IMG/VR virus record: IMGVR_UViG_3300030419_008158
Coordinates: 220,430 to 284,429 of that record
Strand: one strand, 5' to 3'
DNA: 64,000 nt
The translations under genes were made by a program, and so were the position numbers. Of this stretch, positions 27,619-36,538 are shown piece by piece. The notes beneath the pieces are model-generated. The model did not search any database and had not been told where the DNA came from. It worked only from the letters and a program-made list of their open reading frames with translations. Within the stretch, counting starts at the first letter, position 1, and every line of letters starts with the position of its first letter.

Positions 27619-27797
27619 AACCCGGGGCCGGATTTGAACCGGCTACCCCACCTCGTAACGTAGATCCACTTTGCATAAGTGTTTCCAACGCAGACCCCAT
27701 CGCCACTAGTTCCGGCAGGGGCGATCTTCCCTGTTTGCTCCGGTGTGTGGATCTTTGGTTTCCTACTGGGTGCGCTCTCCCAATGAGCTACCCGGGT
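27619..27797 (-). ncRNA. tRNA-like RNA with 114-nt structured insert replacing the anticodon loop
   Basis: Acceptor ACCCGGG/CCCGGGT, D-stem GCTC/GAGC, T-arm GCCGG-TTCAAAT-CCGGC, anticodon stem CACC/GGTG. Confidence 0.8.
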
Positions 27798-27803
27798 ACA
27801 TAA

Positions 27804-27880
27804 TGGCACCCCGAACAGGATTCGAACCTGTGACCCTCGGCTTAGAAGGCCGATGCTCTATCCAGCTGAGCTATCGGGGC
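27804..27880 (-). tRNA. tRNA-Arg(UCU)
   Basis: Cloverleaf, loop CT-TCT-AA, CCA. Confidence 0.95.
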
Positions 27881-27918
27881 ATTTTTTATTTAGATTTCAA
27901 TGAGCAATCTTACAAGAT

Positions 27919-27947
27919 ATTATAACATCTTCATTGATCATTTACAT
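27919..27947 (-). promoter_or_regulatory. Sigma70-like promoter ATGTAA-N17-TATAAT (extended -10 TG)
   Basis: Matches the window-wide GTGTAA-N17-TATAAT motif; upstream of tRNA-Arg. Confidence 0.65.
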
Positions 27948-27959
27948 CTATTATATGAT

Positions 27960-28045
27960 TGGTGCGGCTGGCGGGATTCGAACCCGCATAGCTCAAAGCC
28001 GACAGATTTTAAGTCTGTTGTGTATACCAGTTCCACCACAGCCGC
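27960..28045 (-). tRNA. tRNA-Leu(UAA)
   Basis: Long variable arm, loop CT-TAA-AA, CCA. Confidence 0.95.
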
Positions 28046-28093
28046 GAAATCTCTTTATATTTCAATGAGCGTGTCAACCTCTTGACAGAAAAT

Positions 28094-28122
28094 ATTATAA
28101 CACGCTGTGACTGTCTTTACAC
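28094..28122 (-). promoter_or_regulatory. Promoter GTGTAA-N17-TATAAT
   Basis: Exact motif upstream of tRNA-Leu. Confidence 0.7.
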
Positions 28123-28132
28123 GAAATAAGCC

Positions 28133-28531
28133 CTACAGAACAGTAGAGGCTACTATTTTTTTTGCCCACTTAATACATGGTTTTAGAAAAGCATATGTGT
28201 TTTCTTCCAGAACGTCCCAATCAACCCACTGTGAGTCAATGTGCTCAACGACGAGAGTGTGTGGGTGAGGAGTTATGACTGGATCTTGGGTTGTCTGTGC
28301 CACGTAGCATGTCATATCTCCACTGATTACACTCTTGTTGCCCCAGACAAAATTGAGATTTGTAATGCCAGCTTCTTCTTTGGTTTCACGTAAAGCTGCT
28401 TCTAAAGAAGACTCTCCGGGATCAATGATACCCTTGGGAATATCCATCACGCCGTCTCTTGCGATAAGTGCAAGAACTTTTGTCTTTTCGTGAATCTGTC
28501 TGACGATTATAATTCCAGCGCCGGGTTTCAT
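28133..28531 (-). CDS. NUDIX hydrolase
   Basis: PKG..DPGE...AALRETKEEAG Nudix box. Confidence 0.9.
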   Translation of the reverse strand: MKPGAGIIIVRQIHEKTKVLALIARDGVMDIPKGIIDPGESSLEAALRETKEEAGITNLNFVWGNKSVISGDMTCYVAQTTQDPVITPHPHTLVVEHIDSQWVDWDVLEENTYAFLKPCIKWAKKIVASTVL

Positions 28532-28716
28532 TTCTTTTTCTTTCTACGTGCTGAACGTCTGATGAACTTTTCCAACAAAAAAAGTCGCCGCTTTAGAAAC
28601 TTGTTCTCTAGTTCGAGGCGTTTGCGTGCTTCTTCGTCTTCTGGGCTCATGAATAGAAAGGAGACGAAAATTCCTGCTAAAAAGCAAAGAAAATGGGTTA
28701 CAAATGTATAGACCAT
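28528..28716 (-). CDS. Small membrane protein with basic C-terminus
   Basis: One TM helix, GGAG RBS. Confidence 0.6.
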   Translation of the reverse strand: MVYTFVTHFLCFLAGIFVSFLFMSPEDEEARKRLELENKFLKRRLFLLEKFIRRSARRKKKK

Positions 28717-28740
28717 GAATTTCTCTCCTGTTGTATATTA

Positions 28741-29571
28741 TCATATGCTTATTTCGACAATCCTCATTGGCGTCGCAATATATTCATTCCATAGACTGGT
28801 TCGAACTTCCCCGTCGCATGTATCAAGCTCATAGCAAATATTGTTCTTGTCTCGTCCCGGGTATTCTAGTCGAAGCAAATTACATGCTCGGCGCCCATTA
28901 TCAACTGCATACGACTTAATGTCAGATCTAAATCCAGCTCTAACATTACCGACTAGAGTTAGGATTATGTTTGACTCTTTTCTAAAGAAAGGCCTTTCAG
29001 CAGTCGTAAAGCAAGAAATGTCAAAAGTTTGCCCGGATGCTATTGACTTTTGAATTCTTTCCACACCCGAAAGTGTTGTATAGTGAAAAAGTTTTTTTGG
29101 ATTGTGTGTGCTTCCGTATAGCTGTGTTGTAAACTCATCATCAAGAAGGACATAAGGCTCCATGTCCCCCCTGGAATAAAAGTAAGCAAACTTTAAATTC
29201 TCGATATCTGGAAAATAGCTTCCAAAATCTCTCTCAAATGACCAGAACCTGTGATTGACAAAGTCTTCAATGAAGTCGTAAACATTCTTGACTGTAAGAA
29301 GATCGTATCTAGGCACTTCGACATTGAGCTGAAATGAAAAGTATTTTTCAATCAACGCTCTTGCTTCATGAATCTCTTGAGTTTCACACGAGTCAGGATG
29401 CTTGCAGCTAATCTCTCCACCCCTTGAATCTATTCCTACTTCTTGAAGCTTCAACATTTGCACAACAAAGTCTTCCCACTGAGCAAGCGTAAAAAAAGAT
29501 GAAGCTGGCTTAAAATAGCCTAACACTCTTTTTTCTTCTTTTATAGCTTCTTTGATAAATTCATGTAGCAT
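28741..29571 (-). CDS. Leader-bearing protein, possible ART-like C-domain
   Basis: MLHEFIKEAIKEE; LFHYT...DISCF...WNEYI; GATAATTA motif at 29578. Confidence 0.45.
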   Translation of the reverse strand: MLHEFIKEAIKEEKRVLGYFKPASSFFTLAQWEDFVVQMLKLQEVGIDSRGGEISCKHPDSCETQEIHEARALIEKYFSFQLNVEVPRYDLLTVKNVYDFIEDFVNHRFWSFERDFGSYFPDIENLKFAYFYSRGDMEPYVLLDDEFTTQLYGSTHNPKKLFHYTTLSGVERIQKSIASGQTFDISCFTTAERPFFRKESNIILTLVGNVRAGFRSDIKSYAVDNGRRACNLLRLEYPGRDKNNICYELDTCDGEVRTSLWNEYIATPMRIVEISI

Positions 29572-29590
29572 GTTTTCTAATTATCACCAT

Positions 29591-29622
29591 AAAAAAGCCC
29601 GCAACATATGTTGCGGGCTTTT
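29591..29622. terminator. Rho-independent terminator (bidirectional form)
   Basis: A6-GCCCGCAAC/GTTGCGGGC-T4. Confidence 0.85.
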
Positions 29623-29650
29623 CTCAATAAGAATTACCAGACTAAATTCT

Positions 29651-29923
29651 CTAGGTTGCTCTATTAGTCATCTTCACAAAACCATAATGTTGTATTATAT
29701 TTTTTTCAAAGATTTTTGCATGAACAATCTGGTATCGATTAGTCTCATTTGAAGACACTTTTATTTTTCCTGTCTTTGAGTCTCCAGCAATAAGCACACC
29801 CTTGCATACTTCGTACACATTACTATCCATTTCTAGCTTCCTGTGTGCTTCGCAGCCCTCTGACGACATCGTATAGACGTGGCGAAAAGGTGTGTCTGGT
29901 TTGTTTTTTGCAATCTTGTACAA
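29651..29923 (-). CDS. Hypothetical protein
   Basis: ORF with AGGAG RBS. Confidence 0.55.
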   Translation of the reverse strand: MYKIAKNKPDTPFRHVYTMSSEGCEAHRKLEMDSNVYEVCKGVLIAGDSKTGKIKVSSNETNRYQIVHAKIFEKNIIQHYGFVKMTNRAT

Positions 29924-29950
29924 TTTATACGGGCTCCTTTGTCTATTAAG

Positions 29951-30244
29951 TTAGTTGATATTATAACATTTTTCAGAGCCAGAAGTAACTGCTTGCCATC
30001 CGCCCGGTTTTCCCGTCCATGGATCACCCGGAACAAATTCAATTTTGCCTATCGCATAAAGACAGATCATTGAGTATGCTACAGTGCCCAAAAGCCCCGG
30101 AGTAGAAGAAGCCCATATCAATTCTTGTACATGTACAGGATTAGCATGAGGAATTTTAATGAGCGTATCAGCCATTTTTTCCATCTGCTCGTATTGACTT
30201 TTATCTAAGCTTCCGACAATCTTGGAGGGGTCAAAATTGTTCAC
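29951..30244 (-). CDS. Hypothetical protein
   Basis: ORF downstream of the promoter at 30285-30313. Confidence 0.6.
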   Translation of the reverse strand: MNNFDPSKIVGSLDKSQYEQMEKMADTLIKIPHANPVHVQELIWASSTPGLLGTVAYSMICLYAIGKIEFVPGDPWTGKPGGWQAVTSGSEKCYNIN

Positions 30245-30284
30245 ATTATTTCCTTGGTCTAAAAACTGCCATATTATTGTTTAA

Positions 30285-30313
30285 ATAATAACACAAACAC
30301 CAAGCGTTTACAC
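30285..30313 (-). promoter_or_regulatory. Promoter GTGTAA-N17-TATTAT
   Basis: Recurring motif. Confidence 0.6.
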
Positions 30314-30318
30314 GTGAA

Positions 30319-30729
30319 CTATGTGCCTTCACAAGACGACATACCTCTTTTCACTTTGACATGATCTCCGATCGGAACAGGCTCTCCGTCGCCATCAATT
30401 CGAACAAATGTCATCTCTGTTGTCAACACTACTCTCTGTGAGCCGTTATATGGGCTGTGTCGTCGAGCCTCTAAAGAAATCGTAGCAGAGCAATTACCAA
30501 TAGATTTTAACTCTCCGTAAATTTTGATAATTTGACCAGGGCGAACAGGTTTTCTAAAATGCACTTCAGCCAATTTTGCTGTGACCATTCTAGGCGTCTC
30601 ACAGGCTTGACATGCATATGCAACAGCAGCTTCATCTAGCCAGCAGAGCATGGTTCCGCCAAATAAGTTCCCATGATATCCACAATCACTCTCTTTACAC
30701 ATATGAGTTGAAATTAGTTCCATTGTCAT
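30319..30729 (-). CDS. Acyl-CoA thioesterase (hotdog fold)
   Basis: GNLFGGTMLCWLDEAA; F.KPV.PG; TFVRID. Confidence 0.9.
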   Translation of the reverse strand: MTMELISTHMCKESDCGYHGNLFGGTMLCWLDEAAVAYACQACETPRMVTAKLAEVHFRKPVRPGQIIKIYGELKSIGNCSATISLEARRHSPYNGSQRVVLTTEMTFVRIDGDGEPVPIGDHVKVKRGMSSCEGT

Positions 30730-30737
30730 TGTTCTTC

Positions 30738-31052
30738 CTACGCGTTAGGCCACTCATAAATAGCACTTATCCCAAACACTAGATTCGATTTTTGTATGTT
30801 CTTGAAGCACGGAGGTAGAGATAGTGGGTGACGAATAGACCACACACCTAGTGCCAAACCTAGACTATTTACACCTAATTGATTACCAAGTGTTGCAGAG
30901 TCAGAAAAAAGTGCCGCTTCAATCAAGTCATTTAGCATAAAATCGTCAAGCAATGAAAGCTCTTCTTCTATGGGGCTTATGTCGACATTGTCAAAAAAGT
31001 CTTTGGGCAATCTAGATATTTCCTTTGCAAGCATCACAAAACATTTCGACAC
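30738..31052 (-). CDS. Hypothetical protein
   Basis: ORF in operon. Confidence 0.5.
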   Translation of the reverse strand: MSKCFVMLAKEISRLPKDFFDNVDISPIEEELSLLDDFMLNDLIEAALFSDSATLGNQLGVNSLGLALGVWSIRHPLSLPPCFKNIQKSNLVFGISAIYEWPNA

Positions 31053-31239
31053 CCTGTTCTGATGCTTTTATCATCCAGTTGTCCAAATGAAAGTTATTTT
31101 TGACATCAAAAAGAGCATTACAGACACTGCATTTACCAGGAGAAGATTTAATCTTTGAAATTGTATGCTCTATCTTCTTTTTAGCTTTCTTCTTTTCTTT
31201 TTTTTCTAGATTTCTTCTAATTTTTCGCTTTATTGACAT
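31012..31239 (-). CDS. Small basic zinc-ribbon protein
   Basis: CSVC...CDAC. Confidence 0.6.
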   Translation of the reverse strand: MSIKRKIRRNLEKKEKKKAKKKIEHTISKIKSSPGKCSVCNALFDVKNNFHLDNWMIKASEQGVEMFCDACKGNI

Positions 31240-31242
31240 TTG

Positions 31243-31932
31243 CTAGCATCCATCAATTTCACTTGAAGCGATGCTGCGCTTAATTTTCTGGATTTTCAAA
31301 AATCTTCTCCAGTGCTTTACAGTTTCGTTGCATCGACCGCCCCTCTTAGGAGCTCTCACAGCCGTCACCCATGCTTGTTTCCAAGCTCTCTTTTTTGTAC
31401 GAGGCTTACAGAGACGCTTTGTCTTTCTTAGCTGTCTTTTTATATGTGTAAGCCAAAAAGTCGCAGAAGATTCTAGGTTTCTTCGGTCGACTCCGTACTT
31501 TTCAACCCATGGCCAAAGCTGTAATATTCCTATCGCTTTTGGCTTTCCGTTTCTACTAAACTTATGATCACCCTTTGCCTTGTCATTAAAACAAGATTCA
31601 GAACAAGCTGCAGCCAAAGTCATGCCAATCATAAACTCTGGAATTTTTTCTTTTCTTTCAACCAGAAGAAGCCTTCTGGCATTTTCCAACGCACGATCTT
31701 CCCTTTTCACAGTGGATATAGCACATCGACAAGAATAAACAGCCTGAATTGCCAACATTTCATCTTGCTGGCTCAGACCATTCGACGTATAAGTCGAATA
31801 TAGCGCATTACTAGCGTAATAAGGACTTTCTGCGTTTGCTGCCATTGGCATCGATAAAAACAACAGAACTAATCCCAGCACTCCGCATAGCTTTTTCACA
31901 CATTTTACACGGTTTTGAACAACGTATTTCAC
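31243..31932 (-). CDS. Secreted lytic-transglycosylase/lysozyme-like protein (true start probably downstream)
   Basis: Signal-like N-terminus; ES.FN..AKGD...GILQL. Confidence 0.55.
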   Translation of the reverse strand: MKYVVQNRVKCVKKLCGVLGLVLLFLSMPMAANAESPYYASNALYSTYTSNGLSQQDEMLAIQAVYSCRCAISTVKREDRALENARRLLLVERKEKIPEFMIGMTLAAACSESCFNDKAKGDHKFSRNGKPKAIGILQLWPWVEKYGVDRRNLESSATFWLTHIKRQLRKTKRLCKPRTKKRAWKQAWVTAVRAPKRGGRCNETVKHWRRFLKIQKIKRSIASSEIDGC

Positions 31933-32170
31933 CAGATTTTCCCCACCTTATAACTTCAATTTCGTCTCCTGGCTTCGCAAATCGAAGAGCACTCATTTCG
32001 GCGTGCATTGAACTTGTCTCTGAACCGCCGCTTAAAGTTCTCAAACAATCTGGATGCCCTTTTGGAGAATTTGATCGTATGACTATTGGCTTCTTTTTTC
32101 TCCACACAATTGCCGCGAGATGATATCTCATCCCGTTGGACATCGCCTTTTTCTTAGCCTTGTAGTACAC
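31811..32170 (-). CDS. Zinc-dependent deaminase (cytidine/dCMP deaminase fold)
   Basis: HAE...KPCKMC. Confidence 0.8.
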   Translation of the reverse strand: MYYKAKKKAMSNGMRYHLAAIVWRKKKPIVIRSNSPKGHPDCLRTLSGGSETSSMHAEMSALRFAKPGDEIEVIRWGKSGEIRCSKPCKMCEKAMRSAGISSVVFIDANGSKRRKSLLR

Positions 32171-32200
32171 TTTTCATTTTTCCCTCAACTTATTTAGCAT

Positions 32201-33082
32201 CTAAGAAGTGCTAAAGTATCTTTCACCCCTATCACACAGGAGCGTTACTACGTTCCGATGCAAATTTTTCTGTAAGTATGCCCTTGCGGCAACTAAATTC
32301 GCTCCTGATGAAATTCCAACCAAAAATCCGTGTGTTTTTGCAAAATCTTGCGCTGCTTGAATCGCATCAGAAGTGCTTACTAGTATTTGATCTGGCAACT
32401 TATTTCTATCAAGCAAAAAATCCTCACCGTCATTTATTCCTTGGATTCCGTGAGATTTTGCATCCTCTTTGGGTGCCACTTGAACTACTTTGTGTATCAA
32501 GGGTGACATTATAGACTGTGATGTTACAAACTCGCTGACACCCATCAAAGTCCCTCCTGTGCCGGCACCAGAAATAAAGTCCCACTGTTCGATTTTGAGC
32601 GCTTTCATGTCAGAATCTATTTCAGGTGCTGTATAATGTCGATGAATTTCTACATTAAGATTGTTTTCAAATTGCATCGGACTCCAGTAATTTTCATTTT
32701 CGTCCACCAGCTTGTTTCTCATTTCTATTGCAGACGAAAAATCACTAGGACCCACTTCAATAACTTTGGCACCGAAACGACGCATCATCTGCTTGCGCTC
32801 TTCACTCATATTCTCAGGCATAATAATTTCTACTGGCACGCCTAACATTGCGCCGGCCGCGCTCAAAGAAATTCCTGTATTTCCGGATGTAGCTTCTACG
32901 AGGACTGATTTTTCATTAATTTCGCCGCAAGTCACTGCCCGCTTCACAGCTAAAAAAACAAACCTGTCTTTAACACTTCCTGTTTTTTGACAGAATTCTG
33001 CTTTTGCATAGAGACCCGGCTCTATCTTTAAGAGCGGTGTTTTGACGGGCTCCAAAAGGTTTTCGTATATGTCGATGCTCAA
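32201..33082 (-). CDS. cysK: Cysteine synthase (PLP)
   Basis: KAE..TGSVKDR, EATSGNTG, GAGTGGT, GISSGAN, DRGERY. Confidence 0.9.
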   Translation of the reverse strand: MSIDIYENLLEPVKTPLLKIEPGLYAKAEFCQKTGSVKDRFVFLAVKRAVTCGEINEKSVLVEATSGNTGISLSAAGAMLGVPVEIIMPENMSEERKQMMRRFGAKVIEVGPSDFSSAIEMRNKLVDENENYWSPMQFENNLNVEIHRHYTAPEIDSDMKALKIEQWDFISGAGTGGTLMGVSEFVTSQSIMSPLIHKVVQVAPKEDAKSHGIQGINDGEDFLLDRNKLPDQILVSTSDAIQAAQDFAKTHGFLVGISSGANLVAARAYLQKNLHRNVVTLLCDRGERYFSTS

Positions 33083-33087
33083 ATATT

Positions 33088-34152
33088 CTACCTAAAAATT
33101 GCGCCAGGGCCGTGGGGCATATTTTCCTTAGATGATCTAGATGACACTTTAATAAATTCTGAATTAGCGTAAAAGTCAGATAGTTTTTCACATCCAGAAT
33201 ACGACAAACCAGATCTAATCCCTGCTTTGATAGACTCGATCGTGTCGTTCAAGTTACCTGACACAGGGCGCCAACTATCAACTCCCTCAGCTACCGAAAC
33301 TTTTCCTCTCCAGTCTTTTTGAGCTGAAACTGACGCCATGCCTCGATAATTTTTATATTTCACACCATCTACGACTTTTTCTTCACCCGGACTTTCATCT
33401 TTGCAGGACAGCATTGAGCCCAGCATAACAAAATCAGCACCTGCCGCAAAAGACTTGACCATATCACCCGTATTTCTTATTCCTCCATCTGCAACTAAAA
33501 TCGCATCAGTTTCAGACTCTGCACAATCAATAACACTCTGTAAAGTTGGTACTCCGTGCCCTGTGACTATTCTTGTAGAACAAACAGATCCACCTCCAAT
33601 TCCCACCCTTACAGCGTTTGCTCCTGCGTTTGCCAGTGCATCGAATGCTTCTAGAGTTGCAACATTGCCCGCCATAATAAAGCACTCAGGATACAGATGT
33701 CTAATTGTACGTACAGCAAGAAGTGACATTTTATGATGGCCGTGTGCTACATCAATACAGAAAAATCTGCACCCCGCCTCATAAAGATTGATCATTCTGT
33801 TGAGAGAAAACTCTCCTGCACCAATAGCAGCACCCACAGGAGCAGAATCACAATCAAGACGCCTCACGACATTCTTGTACATCTCAACTTGTTGCTCCTC
33901 TGTACAGTATCTGTGAAGTATTGGAGACACGCCTGAGTTTGCAAAAATTACAGCGGTTTTCTCATCTACGACTGTGTCCATAGGCGATGCAAATATCGGT
34001 AATGAAAATGTTTTCCCATTACAGTCAAATGATCTTCCCATGACATCTGTGGCAGACAAACTAATGTTATGTCTGCTGTCAATTTCGCTGTACTTGGGAA
34101 CTAGAAGTACATCGTCAAAGCATAAGCATGTTCGCGTCTCATAAAAAGCCAT
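33088..34152 (-). CDS. IMP dehydrogenase / GMP reductase family (no CBS domains)
   Basis: FDDVLLVP, SPMDTV, DVAHGH, GIGGGSVCSTR, ADGGIR, YRGMAS. Confidence 0.9.
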   Translation of the reverse strand: MAFYETRTCLCFDDVLLVPKYSEIDSRHNISLSATDVMGRSFDCNGKTFSLPIFASPMDTVVDEKTAVIFANSGVSPILHRYCTEEQQVEMYKNVVRRLDCDSAPVGAAIGAGEFSLNRMINLYEAGCRFFCIDVAHGHHKMSLLAVRTIRHLYPECFIMAGNVATLEAFDALANAGANAVRVGIGGGSVCSTRIVTGHGVPTLQSVIDCAESETDAILVADGGIRNTGDMVKSFAAGADFVMLGSMLSCKDESPGEEKVVDGVKYKNYRGMASVSAQKDWRGKVSVAEGVDSWRPVSGNLNDTIESIKAGIRSGLSYSGCEKLSDFYANSEFIKVSSRSSKENMPHGPGAIFR

Positions 34153-34185
34153 TAGATCTCCGTTTCAGTCCAGCCACGCAATTAT

Positions 34186-34214
34186 ATTCTAACAATAATG
34201 AGTTCTAATTTCAC
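34186..34214 (-). promoter_or_regulatory. Promoter variant GTGAAA-N17-TAGAAT
   Basis: Same spacing and extended -10 as the recurring motif. Confidence 0.45.
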
Positions 34215-34215
34215 A

Positions 34216-35148
34216 CTAGAACCAATTTTTTCCAAAAATACAATTTTTGGAAACATTCCAATATATAAACTTTTTAGCTTGTGACAAAGTATAAACTTTC
34301 AAAAGCTCGTTTCCGAAAGTTGATATTTTCGGTACTAAGGCAGCTTCATACTGAAAGTGCCACCATTCTGCCCCTCCATATGCACCGCCTCGATAAAATG
34401 ATCTTCTTCCTCTTATTCTTTCCCACCCATGCTTTTTGAACAAAGCAGTCAAATCAAATGCGCGACAAGTGATCTCTTTGAATCTTATTACTGACTTTCC
34501 GCCTTTTCGAGTCACGTAAGCAGACTTTATTGTCACTTCGGGCACATCCTCGCTGTCTGTTTTGCACCATATGCGCCAGTATCGATCTTTTTCCATCTCA
34601 ATAAGATATGGGTCTTTTTCTGGGTTATTCATCCCTGTTGGTAGTGCGAGGTCGAGTGCCAAGCCAACATAGTGCATTGATTTTTTACTTCGAGCAGGGC
34701 CTGCCTTGGACGTAAGCCCTCTCCGGCCACCAGCAGAAGTTAGAACTCCTCCCAGTTTTATGACGTCTTCTCGGAGCCTATTATAGCTTTCTGCAGCATC
34801 ACTGCGAAGCGTTACTCTTTCGTAGCCTCCGCGGCCTTTTATTTTATCTGCAGCACACGCAACCCAACCCATTAGTGTATCTTGTTCTTCAAGCTCCTGA
34901 CAGTTTGAGTGCGGTACATTTAATTTTTTGAGATTTGCATTTATCAGCGCAGCATTCAACGCCTCGAATGTCGACGTTCCGCAAAGCCCGTCAACAGATA
35001 TTTTTTTAGATTTTTGAAACTTTTCTAATGCCTCTTCCGTTAGTCTTCCAAAATGACCGTCAATTGGGCCAGGGTGATGACCCAAGGAAAAGAGCGCATT
35101 TTGAAGCTCTAAAACCCTTTCGCCTTTATTTCCTCTACGTAACAACAT
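34216..35148 (-). CDS. Endolysin: PG-binding domain + M15-type Zn peptidase
   Basis: DGHFGRLT...VDGLCG; SMHYVGLALD...EWWHFQ; AATACTTA motif at 35167. Confidence 0.85.
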   Translation of the reverse strand: MLLRRGNKGERVLELQNALFSLGHHPGPIDGHFGRLTEEALEKFQKSKKISVDGLCGTSTFEALNAALINANLKKLNVPHSNCQELEEQDTLMGWVACAADKIKGRGGYERVTLRSDAAESYNRLREDVIKLGGVLTSAGGRRGLTSKAGPARSKKSMHYVGLALDLALPTGMNNPEKDPYLIEMEKDRYWRIWCKTDSEDVPEVTIKSAYVTRKGGKSVIRFKEITCRAFDLTALFKKHGWERIRGRRSFYRGGAYGGAEWWHFQYEAALVPKISTFGNELLKVYTLSQAKKFIYWNVSKNCIFGKNWF

Positions 35149-35310
35149 TGCTTCTCCTACTTGCAATAAGTATTACCTACATGATGCACGAGGCATGAAT
35201 GTTATAGTTCATCTGAGTGGTCTCTAGTCATTTTCTCTTGATCACCTATGGTTTACCTAGGATTTAACTACAAAGTGTCACAGAAAGCAAGGCAGACACC
35301 CACATGTTTA

Positions 35311-35517
35311 TCACGAAACTACTCTTAGCATCTTTACGGGAGTTGAGGGTAACAATGTGGAACCGCCTAGAAGATCGACTGTTAGGATTTCTGAGGATTC
35401 CCATACTTCCATTTTAGGTTCAGATACTACAAGAAAAACCCCTGAGGCGACAACATCATTGGGGTTCCCATTAAATTCTACCAACCTTCCCTTTCTTACG
35501 CGTTTTTCGTACTTCAT
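35311..35517 (-). CDS. Hypothetical protein
   Basis: Short ORF after def. Confidence 0.5.
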   Translation of the reverse strand: MKYEKRVRKGRLVEFNGNPNDVVASGVFLVVSEPKMEVWESSEILTVDLLGGSTLLPSTPVKMLRVVS

Positions 35518-35531
35518 TATTGGATCTGGCC

Positions 35532-36017
35532 TTACTTTTTCATTCTATCTAAATAAACAATTCCGTCTAAATGATCACATTCATGCTGAATAGCACCCGA
35601 CAGCGGCCAACGTACTATAAGTCCGTTTTGTGTGCCTGTTTCAAAATTATTTGTCTTTATTTCAACTTCAGCTGCTCTTACCACTTCTCCTTTCATCCCA
35701 GGGACAGAAAGACATGCTTCTACCCACTTTTCCTTTCTTGAGGTAGTCGGATGAATTTCTGGATTTACCAAAACCCATATTTTTCTGTCTCTTCGCCAAG
35801 GATATGGAGAAAACGTTCCAAAGCAGCTGCAGTCTATCAGTACAATTCGTTCAGCAATTCCGATTTGCGGAGCTGCAATTCCAGCGCCGTTCTCTGCCCT
35901 AAGAGTGTCATACATGTCATTTATTTTTTCAGCAAGCTCAGCATCAAATTTAGAGACTTTGCTAGAAACTTTTCGTAAACTAGGGTCTGGCCACTTAAGA
36001 ACTTTGCGCTGTGTCAT
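35532..36017 (-). CDS. def: Peptide deformylase
   Basis: GAGIAAPQIG, EACLSVPG, QHECDHLDG. Confidence 0.95.
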   Translation of the reverse strand: MTQRKVLKWPDPSLRKVSSKVSKFDAELAEKINDMYDTLRAENGAGIAAPQIGIAERIVLIDCSCFGTFSPYPWRRDRKIWVLVNPEIHPTTSRKEKWVEACLSVPGMKGEVVRAAEVEIKTNNFETGTQNGLIVRWPLSGAIQHECDHLDGIVYLDRMKK

Positions 36018-36034
36018 AATAGTTTTCTTTCATT

Positions 36035-36077
36035 AAAAAACGACGGGGTGCGGGACATTAAATCCCGCACCCCGCCG
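36035..36077 (-). terminator. GC-rich hairpin/terminator
   Basis: CGGGGTGCGGGA/TCCCGCACCCCG followed by a T6 run on the minus strand. Confidence 0.75.
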
Positions 36078-36078
36078 G

Positions 36079-36088
36079 NNNNNNNNNN
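36079..36088. other. Assembly gap (10 N)
   Basis: N run flanked on both sides by ccccgccgg. Confidence 0.95.
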
Positions 36089-36130
36089 CCCCGCCGGAGG
36101 CACGCAACTTATATCTGGCGTCGCCTCTAT

Positions 36131-36535
36131 CTAAATATCACTTTTCTCTTCTTCACTTGTTACATATGCCCCTTCCTGCCAATTTTTAATAAATTGTGTC
36201 AAATCAAGCAATGCAGCTACTTCGTCCATGGAGATTCTAGTTCCCTCTTGCAGGAACTTGAGCTCAAGTTCTTTGACGTTAACCTCTATCTGCTCTCCAT
36301 CCGGACTGATCGTTGTAAGGCTTTTGACAACCCACGGTGCATAAAGAATAGCTTCTGACGCAGTTTGGTTCCCACTCAACACGTGTGTTCTATGATCAAC
36401 TGCTAGCTTTGCATGTCGCAAAGACGCGCCTGTCAGTTGTCTTGCATGTTTAATCGCGTGTATTTTCTTTCTTGCGACAATAAAGTCATCGATTACCTGC
36501 AAATCTTTTCTTTTGACACGTAGACGCTTTGTCAT
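36131..36535 (-). CDS. Protein with ribosomal L7/L12 C-terminal-like domain
   Basis: KKIHAIKHARQLTGASLRHAKLAVD matches K-I-x-x-I-K-x-x-R-x-x-T-G-x-x-L-x-x-A-K-x-x-V-D. Confidence 0.7.
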   Translation of the reverse strand: MTKRLRVKRKDLQVIDDFIVARKKIHAIKHARQLTGASLRHAKLAVDHRTHVLSGNQTASEAILYAPWVVKSLTTISPDGEQIEVNVKELELKFLQEGTRISMDEVAALLDLTQFIKNWQEGAYVTSEEEKSDI

Positions 36536-36538
36536 AAG

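Noticed and set aside
27654-27767. Group I intron or HDV-like theta ribozyme as the identity of the tRNA insert
   Set aside because: It is too short and lacks P7 R/S motifs for group I. Theta ribozymes sit 3' of tRNAs, and I could not fit the HDV nested double pseudoknot by eye.
36061-36100. Direct repeat ccccgccgg around the N run
   Set aside because: Most likely a scaffolding overlap artefact at a GC hairpin.
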